Source of the DNA: Candidatus Aenigmatarchaeota archaeon
GTDB taxonomy: Archaea; Aenigmatarchaeota; Aenigmatarchaeia; CG10238-14; SpSt-28
DNA: 64,000 nucleotides
Assembly: GCA_039000725.1 (NCBI GenBank)
Contig: JAWBNO010000001.1
Location: 258,995-322,994 of the forward strand
Direction: 5' to 3'
The notes beneath the pieces were generated by a model. The model made no database searches and had not been told where the DNA came from. It worked only from the letters and a program-made list of their open reading frames with translations. Shown one piece after another: positions 19,907 through 29,729 of this stretch (position 1 is the first letter of the stretch; each line of letters begins with the position of its first letter). Both the position numbers and the translations under genes were made by a program.

Positions 19907-20298
19907 ATGAAAAAAAAGAAAAATGGGGAGTAGCGCATATTTTTTCTAGCCCAAATTCTACTATAGTTCATATTACAGATTTGAGTGGAGCAGAAACTAT
20001 AGCGAGATATTCTAGTGGAATGATGACAGATAAAGATAGAGAAGGAGGAATGCCTTATCCTGCAATGCTAGCAGCTAAAAAAGCTGCAGAAGAAGCTCTT
20101 AAAAAGGGAATTGTTGGTGTTCATATAAGAGTGAGAGCACCGGGAGGAATTAAGACTAAAATACCAGGACCAGGAGCACAAGCAGCAATTAGAGCTTTAG
20201 CTAAGGCCGGATTAAAAATAGGTTTAATAGAGGACGTGACACCAATAATACACGGTTTTATGAGAAGAAAAGGTGGAAGAAGAGGAAGAAGAGTATAA
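19903..20298 (+). CDS. rps11: 30S ribosomal protein uS11
   Basis: [39 protein letters not shown]. Confidence 0.97.
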   Translation: MNEKKEKWGVAHIFSSPNSTIVHITDLSGAETIARYSSGMMTDKDREGGMPYPAMLAAKKAAEEALKKGIVGVHIRVRAPGGIKTKIPGPGAQAAIRALAKAGLKIGLIEDVTPIIHGFMRRKGGRRGRRV

Positions 20299-20343
20299 TT
20301 TTTTTACTCGTTCTATTTAAAAACTACAGATACCTTATGTTAT

Positions 20344-20919
20344 ATGTTAGTTATAGGTTTAAGCGGGTACGCAGCTTCAGGTAAAACAGAAGTTGCAAAT
20401 TACTTAAAGGAAAAATACAATTTCACAGTGTTAGAATTTTCACAAATTATTGAAGAGGAAGCTAAAAAACTTGGTTTAATTAAAGAAAATTTGGGCCTAG
20501 AAGAAAAAAAGAGAGTTTTAAGTGAAGTTGGTAGCATTATAAGAAAAAAGTACAACGACGAGGCTGTATTTGCTAGATTGTTAATCAAAAAAATAGTAGA
20601 GGAGAATAAAGATAAGGTAGTTGTTACTGGATTTAGAAGTTTAAATGAGGTTGAGGTTTTTAGAGAAAAGTTCAAATACAATTTTTATTTGATATGGATA
20701 GAAACAGATGTCAAATTAAGATATGAAAGAAGAAAAGCACAAGATCCTGATTTTAACTTAAGTTTTGAAGAATTTTTAGAAAGAGATAAGAATGATGTAA
20801 TAAAATTAGGTTTAGATAAAATAAAAGAGATTTCAGATATCATAATAGAAAACAATTCAAATATTGAGGATTTAAAAAAACGAATAGATAATTTATTAAA
20901 AAGTATATCAAACAAATAG
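20344..20919 (+). CDS. P-loop nucleotide kinase (COG0237 / dephospho-CoA-kinase-like)
   Basis: GLSGYAASGKT Walker A, GFRS..EV, RYERR, DIIIENN. Confidence 0.75.
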   Translation: MLVIGLSGYAASGKTEVANYLKEKYNFTVLEFSQIIEEEAKKLGLIKENLGLEEKKRVLSEVGSIIRKKYNDEAVFARLLIKKIVEENKDKVVVTGFRSLNEVEVFREKFKYNFYLIWIETDVKLRYERRKAQDPDFNLSFEEFLERDKNDVIKLGLDKIKEISDIIIENNSNIEDLKKRIDNLLKSISNK

Positions 20920-20948
20920 TTATATTAAAGAAATTTATAGTAAAGAAA

Positions 20949-23423
20949 ATGGAAAAATACTTTGGACTAACTTTTGAAGAAGCTAAAAAAAGATTAGAAA
21001 TTTATGGAAAAAATGAAATAGAAGAAAAAAGAAAAGTTTCAGCTCTAAAGATATTATTTAATCAGTTTAAATCGCCTTTAATCTTACTTATGGTTTTTGC
21101 TTCTATTTTTTCTTTTTCTTTAAATTATATAAAAAAGGAAGATTTTTTGGATTCGATTTTTATTTTGGCAATAATATTAATTTCAACTCTAGCTGGTTTC
21201 ATTCAAGAGTATAAGGCAGAGAAAAGTATAGAGGCATTAAAAAAGTTATCGACACCTAGAGCTAAGGTTATTAGAGAAGGTAAAATATTTGAGATAGAAA
21301 GCTCTGAAATTGTTCCAGAAGATTTGATTGTTATAGAAGGAGGAGATATTATACCTGCTGATGCTGAAGTAGTAGATGGAATAATAGAAGTTGACGAATC
21401 TATATTAACTGGAGAATCAAGAGCTGTTAAGAAAAAGAAAGGAGATAAAATTTTTTCTGGTTGTAACGTTTTTATAGGTAAAGCTATCGCAAAGGTTTAT
21501 GCAACAGGAATGAAAACTGAAATTGGAAAAATTGCAAAAAAGATGGGAGAATTAAAAGAGGAAGAAACACCTTTTCATAAAGAAATAAACAAATTTACTT
21601 TTTACGTTGTCAAGATAATAGTTACTCTAATAGTTATTACATTTATATTGACTTTTAGAAAGTTTGGAGTTTTAGAGTCTTTTCTAATATCTATAGCTCT
21701 TGCAGTAGCGGCAGTACCTGAAGGACTACCAGCAGTCATTACTGCTAGTTTATCTATTGCTGCTAAGAAAATGATTGATAAAAACGCTTTAGTCAGAAAA
21801 CTTGCTATAATAGAATCTATAGGCTCTGTTGATGTCATTTGTACAGACAAAACAGGCACAATTACTGAAGGTAAAATGAAAGTTAGGGATATTTGGTTTT
21901 TTGAAGAAAGTGATTATGCAAAAAAATTAGCTATAGAAATTTGTTATTATTGTAATGACTCTAAGTTTATAAGAATTGGAAACGAGGAAAAATTGGTCGG
22001 GGACGAAACAGACATTGCTTTGAAGGAATATTCATCAAAATTCATAGAAAAAGAAGAATATAACAGGTTAGACGAAATTCATTTTACTTCAGAAAGAAAA
22101 ATGATGAGTGTTTTATGTACCGACGGAAGCAAAAATATAGTTTTTTCTAAAGGCGCACCAGAAATCGTTGTTTCTAAGTGTAATAGGATTATAGCTAACA
22201 ATAGTATTATCGAATTAAATGAAGATTTGAAAAACAAAATTTTAGATAAAAACAAAGAGTTTGCGTCACAAGCCTATAGAGTTTTGGCCTTGGCATATAA
22301 AGAAGGAAAATTAGAAGAGAAAGATCTAATATTTGTGGGCCTTGTTCTAATTTCAGATCCCCCTAGAAAAGAAGTTAAAGATGCAGTTAAAGAATGTTAT
22401 TCTGCTGGAATTAGAATAATAATGATTACTGGTGATAATGAAATTACTTCTTTGGCTGTCGCAAAAGAGGTTGGAATAAAAAGTGAAGGTTTTGTTAAAG
22501 GTGAAGATTTAGATAGAATGAGCGATGATGAAATTTCTAATTTATTAGATAGAGGGATAAACATTTTTGCAAGAACAAATCCATTTCACAAACTTAGATT
22601 ATTGGAAATTTTAAAAAAGAAAGGTTATGTTGTTGCAATGACTGGAGATGGTGTAAATGATGCTTTGGCTCTTAAAAAAGCCGATGTTGGCATTTCTATG
22701 GGAATTAAAGGAACAGAAGTGGCAAAAGAAGCAAGTGATATTGTTTTATTAGATGATAATTTTGCAACTATTAGAGATGCAATAAAAGAAGGAAGAAGAA
22801 TTTACGACAATATGAAAAAGTTTATCCTATTTCTTTTTGGAACTTGTATAGCTGAAGTTTTTGTTGTCTTATCTAGCTTGTTATTTTTACCTTACGTTTT
22901 ACTATATCCAATACAAATTTTGTGGATTAATTTAGTTACAGACGGACCGCCAGCATTAGCTCTTTCTCTTGATCCAGCAGAGCCAAATATTATGAAAAGA
23001 AATCCAAGAAATAAAAAGGAAGGAATAATAGATAGGAGAATGATCTTTAAAATTTTTATCTTGGGAACAAGTATGGGTATATCTATGATTTTAATTCCAT
23101 TTTTACTACATAGTTATTCTATAGAAGAAATAAGAACAGTCGTATTTTCTTCTTTTGTATTTTTTGAAATGATACTAATTGCAGCGATTAGATACAGTGA
23201 AAATATGATTGGGTTAAAATACTGGTTAGAGAACAAGTTATTGATTTTGGCTTTAATTGGAGTAATAATCCTTCAAATTTTATTGATCTATTCTCCACTT
23301 AACACTTATTTAAAAGCGGTTAGTTTACCACTAAAGGACTTAGAAATAATATTTGTTTTGTCTTTGTTATGTTTTTCTATATCTGCCATTGGTATGAGGC
23401 TTATTAATCGATTTTTAAAGTAA
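20949..23423 (+). CDS. Cation-transporting P-type ATPase (type II, Ca2+-ATPase-like)
   Basis: TGES, PEGL, DKTGT, KGAPE, DPPR, TGDGVND, QILWINLVTDG. Confidence 0.95.
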   Translation: MEKYFGLTFEEAKKRLEIYGKNEIEEKRKVSALKILFNQFKSPLILLMVFASIFSFSLNYIKKEDFLDSIFILAIILISTLAGFIQEYKAEKSIEALKKLSTPRAKVIREGKIFEIESSEIVPEDLIVIEGGDIIPADAEVVDGIIEVDESILTGESRAVKKKKGDKIFSGCNVFIGKAIAKVYATGMKTEIGKIAKKMGELKEEETPFHKEINKFTFYVVKIIVTLIVITFILTFRKFGVLESFLISIALAVAAVPEGLPAVITASLSIAAKKMIDKNALVRKLAIIESIGSVDVICTDKTGTITEGKMKVRDIWFFEESDYAKKLAIEICYYCNDSKFIRIGNEEKLVGDETDIALKEYSSKFIEKEEYNRLDEIHFTSERKMMSVLCTDGSKNIVFSKGAPEIVVSKCNRIIANNSIIELNEDLKNKILDKNKEFASQAYRVLALAYKEGKLEEKDLIFVGLVLISDPPRKEVKDAVKECYSAGIRIIMITGDNEITSLAVAKEVGIKSEGFVKGEDLDRMSDDEISNLLDRGINIFARTNPFHKLRLLEILKKKGYVVAMTGDGVNDALALKKADVGISMGIKGTEVAKEASDIVLLDDNFATIRDAIKEGRRIYDNMKKFILFLFGTCIAEVFVVLSSLLFLPYVLLYPIQILWINLVTDGPPALALSLDPAEPNIMKRNPRNKKEGIIDRRMIFKIFILGTSMGISMILIPFLLHSYSIEEIRTVVFSSFVFFEMILIAAIRYSENMIGLKYWLENKLLILALIGVIILQILLIYSPLNTYLKAVSLPLKDLEIIFVLSLLCFSISAIGMRLINRFLK

Positions 23424-23425
23424 AA

Positions 23426-24175
23426 CTAGCAACATGCTATTGCTTGTAGACAGTTTCTTATACCTATAGATAAAGAAATAGTTGTTAAGTATATTTTAAA
23501 GAAGTTATTTGTTTGGGTTTCTTTTATGTAATTATCTAAGGTTTTAATTAAAAGAAGAGCTATAATAATCCTAGTTAATGGATACAAAATTGGGAAATTT
23601 TCCATTATATATCTAGTTAGGAAGTGTTGTTCGTAAAAGTTAAAATAGAAAACATTTACTATGGTTATTGAAAATTCATAAATTATTGAAAAAACAAGAA
23701 GTTTGTTTATATGAGAGTATTTTATTTTCTTCACTATAAAATAAGAAAAGATTAAAATTAAAATTGATAAAACAATTGCCATCGAGTTTTTAATAGGTAA
23801 ATAAGAAAGTGCAATTCCTAACAGAATTAAGCTAAATATTAAAAAAATTTTTTGTAAGATTTCTTGGTTAAATTTTTTACATAAAACCAAAAATAGAAGG
23901 AAGGGAATTATAAATAGAACTTGAATTAAAGGAGTAACGAAGACTATGCTCTCCAGAATCAGATAATCTCTCAAAACTCGTACGGTAGAGGCTAAGGTTA
24001 TATACGGAAGAAATGAAAAAAACAGTTTTAAATTTATTTTAACTCTATTTTTGTTTGCTATCTTGAAAATCGCAAAGGATATTATTAAGAAAAATATAAA
24101 GTATGAAAGGGTTTTACCAAATGTATATCCCTCTGCTAACGGATTTATAAAGTATTCAAGTAACTTATTGAGCAT
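23426..24175 (-). CDS. DUF63-like archaeal membrane protein
   Basis: GYT...T.SY, PYI...VRVL.D, FVTP, YEQH, GIRN motifs; multi-TM. Confidence 0.7.
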   Translation of the reverse strand: MLNKLLEYFINPLAEGYTFGKTLSYFIFFLIISFAIFKIANKNRVKINLKLFFSFLPYITLASTVRVLRDYLILESIVFVTPLIQVLFIIPFLLFLVLCKKFNQEILQKIFLIFSLILLGIALSYLPIKNSMAIVLSILILIFSYFIVKKIKYSHINKLLVFSIIYEFSITIVNVFYFNFYEQHFLTRYIMENFPILYPLTRIIIALLLIKTLDNYIKETQTNNFFKIYLTTISLSIGIRNCLQAIACC

Positions 24176-24207
24176 TAAATTTATAATTTTGGTTTATAAT
24201 AAGTTTT

Positions 24208-25017
24208 ATGAAAAAAGAAAGTAGAGAATTTATCTCCTTTTTCTTTTTACTAATTCTAATATCTTTTTATTTTTTTACTTTGGGATGTACTAAAAAAAAC
24301 GGAGAAAGTCAAGTTTTAAAGAAAGAAATCACTAAGGAATTAGGAATAGTTATAGAAAATGTAAGCTATAGTAAAAAAATTTGGGAAAGCGATTTTTTAG
24401 ATATTAGAGTTTTAGTTAAAAATAAAGGTGACGTAGATAGTAAGAACGTAAAAATATTTCTGGAAGGTTTATCTGCAATATGGAGGCCACCTACTCCAAT
24501 TGAAAGGACTATAATTTCTTTACCAAAAGATTATGATAGTTATTTAGATTTTCGTTCCTCACCTCCAGTTCTAGGTTTTAATATTTCATATTCTTTTTAT
24601 TTTAGGGTAGAGTACGATTACAGTGCAAAATATATTGGAGTTTTTGAAGTTAGGAAACAAGAAAATAACTTTGTAGTTAAGATAAATTCGGAATTAAAGA
24701 CGATAGCACCAATAAAAATAAATTTAACTAGTTACGAGTACGACCGAATTTCAAATAAGTTGAAATTAAGATTTATTCTTTTGAATAATAATAATGGAAA
24801 AGTTTTAGGAGAAGCCTTACTAATCCCTGAAGATATGATATGCGAAACTACTCGAGTAGGATTTGAGAGAGATGTGAAAAGAAGTGATCGAGAAATTAAC
24901 TGCGAGGTTGTTTTACCAAAAGATTTTGTTAGTTATTCACCACAGATTAGACTGACTACCAACTTTAGATACACTTACAATTCAAATGAATACAAAGTTG
25001 AGGTAGTTAAACATTAA
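24208..25017 (+). CDS. Hypothetical secreted / lipoprotein with Ig-like domain
   Basis: Hydrophobic signal ending LGC; VKNKGD and VEYDY beta-rich motifs. Confidence 0.65.
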   Translation: MKKESREFISFFFLLILISFYFFTLGCTKKNGESQVLKKEITKELGIVIENVSYSKKIWESDFLDIRVLVKNKGDVDSKNVKIFLEGLSAIWRPPTPIERTIISLPKDYDSYLDFRSSPPVLGFNISYSFYFRVEYDYSAKYIGVFEVRKQENNFVVKINSELKTIAPIKINLTSYEYDRISNKLKLRFILLNNNNGKVLGEALLIPEDMICETTRVGFERDVKRSDREINCEVVLPKDFVSYSPQIRLTTNFRYTYNSNEYKVEVVKH

Positions 25018-25867
25018 AATTACGACTGTTTAACATTTTTTTTATTTTTAATACCTTTAATATACCTTCAGTATTATATCCTTCTTTTAGTTTTATTTGA
25101 ATAGGAATATTAGGCAACTCAAAGCCAAAAATGTCTTTTGGTGTAATAATATCTATAAACTCGGAAATATCTTTTAGGCAATAATGTATTATAGCAGGGT
25201 TAATTTTAAGCTCTTTAGATATTTCTCTCAAATGTGTTCCAGGGTTTTCTTCTATAAATTTTAATATAAGTGGTAAAGCTTCTTCTTTACTAATTTTTAT
25301 GTATTTAATCTTTTTCCTTCTTCTCTTTTTTTGCACTAACTTTATTTTTTTTCTTGAGAGCTCTCTAATTTGTTGCAAATCTATATCTTTTTTTAAAGAA
25401 ACGAATTTTGGTAGTTTTGGTAAGTTTTTGTTTGAAAAGGTTTTTATTTCTACGAAGTCGGATAATTTAAGTAAAACCCTTCTAACTTTTTCTGGGTGGA
25501 TGTGAAGATCTTTAGAAATTTTATTAATATAAGTGTTGGGGTTTTCTTTAATATAGTTTATGATTCTTATTAAATCGCTTGGATATATTTTTTCTAAAGA
25601 TTTTCTGTTTATAAAAACAATCTTTTCCTCCGTGTTCAAAGCTTCTCTTATTATTTCTTTATTTATTCTAGAAAAAATATAGGGAGATATTATTAATATT
25701 TTCGAACAATCTTCTGTATTATTTAGTACTTTTCTCTTTCCCCCCACTTTTATTAAGAATTTTTCACCAGAATATTTGGACAAGTATATTGTATCTTTTT
25801 CTATTTTTTCTACATTTATTTCAAGTTCTTTACCGATTTCTATAATTTTTTTCCAGAGGTCTTCCAT
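25007..25867 (-). CDS. Protein with two tandem winged-helix domains
   Basis: Internal duplication IINYIKENPNTYINKISKDL / ILKFIEENPGTHLREISKEL separated by a basic linker. Confidence 0.75.
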   Translation of the reverse strand: MEDLWKKIIEIGKELEINVEKIEKDTIYLSKYSGEKFLIKVGGKRKVLNNTEDCSKILIISPYIFSRINKEIIREALNTEEKIVFINRKSLEKIYPSDLIRIINYIKENPNTYINKISKDLHIHPEKVRRVLLKLSDFVEIKTFSNKNLPKLPKFVSLKKDIDLQQIRELSRKKIKLVQKKRRRKKIKYIKISKEEALPLILKFIEENPGTHLREISKELKINPAIIHYCLKDISEFIDIITPKDIFGFELPNIPIQIKLKEGYNTEGILKVLKIKKMLNSRNFNV

Positions 25868-25920
25868 GTTAAACTTTTTAATGTTGTATTAAATAAATAA
25901 CATTAGTACAATATTATTGA

Positions 25921-27309
25921 ATGAGAAAATCTGTTGTATCAAATTTGGGTTTTGTTCTACAAACTGCAGGAATTTTAATGATACTACCAATAGTTGTTTC
26001 TTTTTACTACCAAGAAAAAGATTCTCTAATATCCCTTCTTCTCACTTCTTTTTCGTTTCTTAGTCTAGGGTTTTTGATGAATTCTTTGGCAGAAAGAAAA
26101 GAGTTGGATTTCAAATCCTCATGTCTTTTGGTCACTCTTACTTTTTTTGTCGCAGCTCTAATAGGCTCTATTCCATATTTATATTTGAATATTTTCAACT
26201 CTGAGTCAATTTTGCAAAATGTAATAGATAGTTATTTTGAAAGCATTTCTGGGTATACCACCACAGGATTTTCACTAATAAAGAATCTAGAAAATTTGCC
26301 CAAGTCTATAATTCTTTATAGGAGCCTAACTCAATGGATAGGTGGTATAGGTATAGTTTATTTGATACTAGCATTTTTCTATTCCGAAGAAATTTTGAAT
26401 AACTTATTAGAAGCTATAGGTTTTAAAAAAACATTGTCAAGAATAAAGAACTCCATGTTAGAGGTTATTATAATATATTCATTTTATACTCTGTTATATT
26501 TTGTCTTGTTTTATTATCTAGGTCTGCGAGATTTCGTTACAAATATATCAATAGTTTTTTCTGGATTGTCTACAGGCGGTTTCTCTCCAATTAAGGAATT
26601 AAGTTTATTGGACAATAGAGCTCTGGTTTTAATAATTTTAATAATGATTACTGGTGGAACAAGTTTTTATATACATCATTCTATAGTATTTAGAAAATTT
26701 AAAAATTTAAAATCAGAAGAGTTGTTAACCTTCCTACTAATAGTTTTTTTATCTTCTTTGTTTTTCTTTAAATGTTCAGGATTGGACTATTTTGCTTCTC
26801 TATTTCACGTAACCAGTGCGGCGACAGCAACTGGCTTTAGTTTTTTAGACCTCAGGGCGCTACAACAGCCTCTAAAAGTATTTTTAATAATGCTTATGTT
26901 CATTGGGGGTTCTTCGTTTTCTACTAGTGGTGGTATAAAAGTATACAGATTATTAGTGTTCTTCAGATCTATAGGCTATGTAATAAGAAAAAAGTTAGGA
27001 TATGAAGATAAATGTTTAATAGAAGGAAGAGAAATAAGTGATAATGAAATAATTTTACATCTTTTAAATGTGATTTTATCTTTTATTTTAGTTTTTATTT
27101 TTGCGTTTCTTTTATCATTTTATGGCCACGATTTCGTGGATTCTATTTTTGAATGTGTATCAGCATTTTCTAACGTTGGCCTATCTGCAGGTATTGTTAA
27201 TATAGATTTGAGTCTCATTGAAAAAACCTTTTTAATCTTACTAATGGGTATTGGAAGGGTAGAAGCTATTATATTTCTTATTGCAATAATTAAGATTAAT
27301 AATAAGTAA
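25921..27309 (+). CDS. trkH: TrkH-family potassium uptake membrane protein
   Basis: FESISGYTTTG, QWIGGIG, STGGF, FIGG...STSGGIK, SNVGLS, GRVE. Confidence 0.93.
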   Translation: MRKSVVSNLGFVLQTAGILMILPIVVSFYYQEKDSLISLLLTSFSFLSLGFLMNSLAERKELDFKSSCLLVTLTFFVAALIGSIPYLYLNIFNSESILQNVIDSYFESISGYTTTGFSLIKNLENLPKSIILYRSLTQWIGGIGIVYLILAFFYSEEILNNLLEAIGFKKTLSRIKNSMLEVIIIYSFYTLLYFVLFYYLGLRDFVTNISIVFSGLSTGGFSPIKELSLLDNRALVLIILIMITGGTSFYIHHSIVFRKFKNLKSEELLTFLLIVFLSSLFFFKCSGLDYFASLFHVTSAATATGFSFLDLRALQQPLKVFLIMLMFIGGSSFSTSGGIKVYRLLVFFRSIGYVIRKKLGYEDKCLIEGREISDNEIILHLLNVILSFILVFIFAFLLSFYGHDFVDSIFECVSAFSNVGLSAGIVNIDLSLIEKTFLILLMGIGRVEAIIFLIAIIKINNK

Positions 27310-27610
27310 AAGAAGAAGAGTCTACGTATCTTTTTAAAACATTTTCTCTACAAATTTCTAGTTTATTATCACGATAAAAGTAGTTCTGGAGGCATTTGTT
27401 TACTTCTTCGTTTAGGTAAATCTTTAAATATAAACTATTGGTAGAGTCGAGTACGTTGTAGTAGTTATTTATAATCTCGTTTTTACATACTTCTTTAGGA
27501 AATCCCAGTCTTCTGTGTTTTTCTAAACATTCTTGATACGACTTTGGTAGTTCTGTAGCCGTATCTCTTTCTAGTCTTTTTAGCAGCTTTTCATCTTTAC
27601 CCTCGTGCAT
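27296..27610 (-). CDS. Hypothetical protein with four spaced Cys
   Basis: 104-aa ORF with GGAGGGAG RBS; two helical repeats each carrying a Cys pair. Confidence 0.6.
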   Translation of the reverse strand: MHEGKDEKLLKRLERDTATELPKSYQECLEKHRRLGFPKEVCKNEIINNYYNVLDSTNSLYLKIYLNEEVNKCLQNYFYRDNKLEICRENVLKRYVDSSSFTYY

Positions 27611-27715
27611 GTTCTCCCTCCCATTTTTACTTATATTTTACTATTGTTGGATAAAGCTTATAAGTTTTATAATGATCAACTATAAAACTTATATATTACT
27701 ACTAAGTAGTTATAT

Positions 27716-28126
27716 ATGATAGAAATTAGAAAAATTAAAGGAGTTAAAAATGAAGATTTAGAAAGTTGGAGGTACAACATTTTAGCGCCAATAGAAATTT
27801 TGGTTAATTTCCACATATGGGATTACGAAGGAAATAAGATTTTTAGAGCATTCGATCCTGATAGACTAAACTATGTAGTTACTTTTGGAACAGACAGAAC
27901 AGAAGATTATATTTCCGATTACGATAGAAAAGATAACGTAATATATGCCGGTTCCTTAGGAAAAGCTATGGAATATGCAAGCAAATATTTTAGAAGAAAA
28001 AATAGGGCATGCTTCAGTGTTTACAAAGAAGAGTTTTTAGATAAGGTAGATATATATGCGTACAAACCAAAAGAAGGTAGGTCTTATTTAGATGCTCTTC
28101 TGGGTGTAGTTTGTATAGAAGGTTAG
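27716..28126 (+). CDS. Hypothetical protein
   Basis: 136-aa ORF with ATG start and normal composition. Confidence 0.6.
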   Translation: MIEIRKIKGVKNEDLESWRYNILAPIEILVNFHIWDYEGNKIFRAFDPDRLNYVVTFGTDRTEDYISDYDRKDNVIYAGSLGKAMEYASKYFRRKNRACFSVYKEEFLDKVDIYAYKPKEGRSYLDALLGVVCIEG

Positions 28127-28237
28127 GAAGATTTTCTGTAATATTTGTGAATCGTGTTAAAAATGCTTGTTATAATGTGAGAATTATTTGACAAAAATCT
28201 GTTTTTTATCTTTATCTCCAAATTATAATTGTAGTAT

Positions 28238-29059
28238 TTACCATTCTTCCTGATTTATCTCGAATTTAATATCGTTTTTTTGAGATAAACCGTTGCTATT
28301 CGATTCGTATCGATTCGTATCGTTGGGAATCGCTTTGTATCGGACCCATCCTTTACCATTTTTCTCAAATCTTTCTATATCGTCTGTAATTTTACACATT
28401 TTTGATAGAATGCCTCTCAAACTATCTACACTAACATTTGTTTTTTCAGCTAGTTCTGCATAGCTAATTTCTCCATTTTCTTTAACTATTTTTAATATTT
28501 CTTCCATTTTAGGTGTTAGTGAGGCTTTTTTGAGACTATTGATAGTTTCTGTAATTATGTTTCTAGAATTTTCTGGTAGTGAGTACTCGATACTTTTTAA
28601 TTTATTAATAGCTTCATATAGTATTTCGAATCTTTTTTCATCGTTCATCTCGTGCTTAGAGATAATGTCTTTAATTTCATTCAGAGTTACTGCTCCTTGT
28701 TCTAGTTTGGGTAAAATGTTAATTAGAAACCATTCTTTTGAAGCCATTAGAGATTCAATTCTTTTCAAAGAATCGTCTATATCGATCAAGTAACGTGAGA
28801 GATATCCAGCAGCCACGCCTATTTTAAGAGCATCTTTTTCTATTTTGATGGAGTTTTTATCTTCAATAGAATCTTGAGGCTTTAGCGATTCGCCGATTCG
28901 TATCGATGAATCGCTTGATTCGTATCGATTCGTATCGTTTTGTATCGATGCTGAGCGATTCGTATCGATTCGTATCGATTCGTATCGATTCGTATCGTTC
29001 GTATCGCTATCTTTTTTTAAGTTTTTGATCTTTTCTTTTATCCAATCTATTACTCTCAT
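28238..29059 (-). CDS. Coiled-coil + C-terminal wHTH protein with repeat-encoded termini
   Basis: LTPKMEEILKIVKENGEISYAELAEKTNVSVDSLRGILSKM wHTH; DTNRYES peptides at both ends. Confidence 0.8.
   Translation of the reverse strand: MRVIDWIKEKIKNLKKDSDTNDTNRYESIRIDTNRSASIQNDTNRYESSDSSIRIGESLKPQDSIEDKNSIKIEKDALKIGVAAGYLSRYLIDIDDSLKRIESLMASKEWFLINILPKLEQGAVTLNEIKDIISKHEMNDEKRFEILYEAINKLKSIEYSLPENSRNIITETINSLKKASLTPKMEEILKIVKENGEISYAELAEKTNVSVDSLRGILSKMCKITDDIERFEKNGKGWVRYKAIPNDTNRYESNSNGLSQKNDIKFEINQEEW
28291..28342. repeat. 10-bp tandem repeat array B (CGATTCGTAT)
   Basis: CG at 28291, 28301, 28311, 28321, 28331 and 28341; perfect units at 28301 and 28311. Confidence 0.88.
28886..29007. repeat. 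10-bp tandem repeat array A (CGTATCGATT), about 12 units
   Basis: Perfect units at 28921, 28961, 28971 and 28981; near-perfect at 28931, 28941, 28991 and 29000; nine GTATCG hexamers. Confidence 0.95.
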
Positions 29060-29127
29060 TTTAAAATTTTTGATTTTAAATTTATAAATGAAAATGTTTC
29101 GTATTTTTTGTGTTATCTATCGAGATT

Positions 29128-29152
29128 CTCACTTTCATATGTATAAAGTGAG
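29128..29152. promoter_or_regulatory. Inverted repeat CTCACTTT-N9-AAAGTGAG upstream of the wHTH repeat gene
   Basis: Perfect 8-bp arms about 70 bp upstream of the 29059 start codon. Confidence 0.5.
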
Positions 29153-29465
29153 TCAGATACATGAATTTATTTTTTAAAATTTTCACTGACAACTAGAAAA
29201 ATCGACTTTAGTTCTAATGATGTTTTTCTTGTTATTGATTTGATCTTTATTATCTCTAATAATTATCACTCTCAGGACATTAACTAGGGTATTTATTTTT
29301 ATTTTATTTATTAATTTATTCACACAGAAGACTATTTCACTAAATATACTTTATTAGATATATTTTTTAAAATATATTTTATAATTAACAGTTTAATTTC
29401 TTATTTACACAAAAGTATACTTTACAGAATATAATTATTTATATATTTCTGATACTATAGTATCA

Positions 29466-29669
29466 ATGTATTTGATAATATTTCAATTACAAAAAAATGA
29501 TCAACTAATTAAATTAAAGATAAATAGATACCTAAAAAGAATACGTGCAAATATGATAATTAAAGGTGTGTGGAGACATGAAAATGCTAGTTTATTAATA
29601 AATTTGGCATCTTGGATCAAAAATAGGGGCGGAAAAGCTTATGTAATTGAAGAAAACATAATATACTAA
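29466..29669 (+). CDS. Small ferredoxin-like-fold protein (ChrB-N / PaaX-middle / Cas2-like)
   Basis: YLIIFQL...INRYLKRIRA.MI.KGVW...LASWIKNRGGKAYVI matches the pattern of that fold family. Confidence 0.6.
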   Translation: MYLIIFQLQKNDQLIKLKINRYLKRIRANMIIKGVWRHENASLLINLASWIKNRGGKAYVIEENIIY

Positions 29670-29729
29670 GTACAAAAATATTCTCACCAAAATATATTTT
29701 GAAGTATATAATTTTCGATTTTTTAGGCA

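Noticed and set aside
27651..27694. Palindrome ATAAAGCTTATAAGTTTTAT as a special element
   Set aside because: Adequately explained by back-to-back BRE/TATA promoters of the two divergent ORFs; similar strings occur upstream of other genes.
28886..29007. CRISPR array
   Set aside because: Units are 10 bp and contiguous with no unique spacers, and they lie inside an ORF.
29128..29152. dif site
   Set aside because: Geometry is 8-9-8, not 11-6-11.
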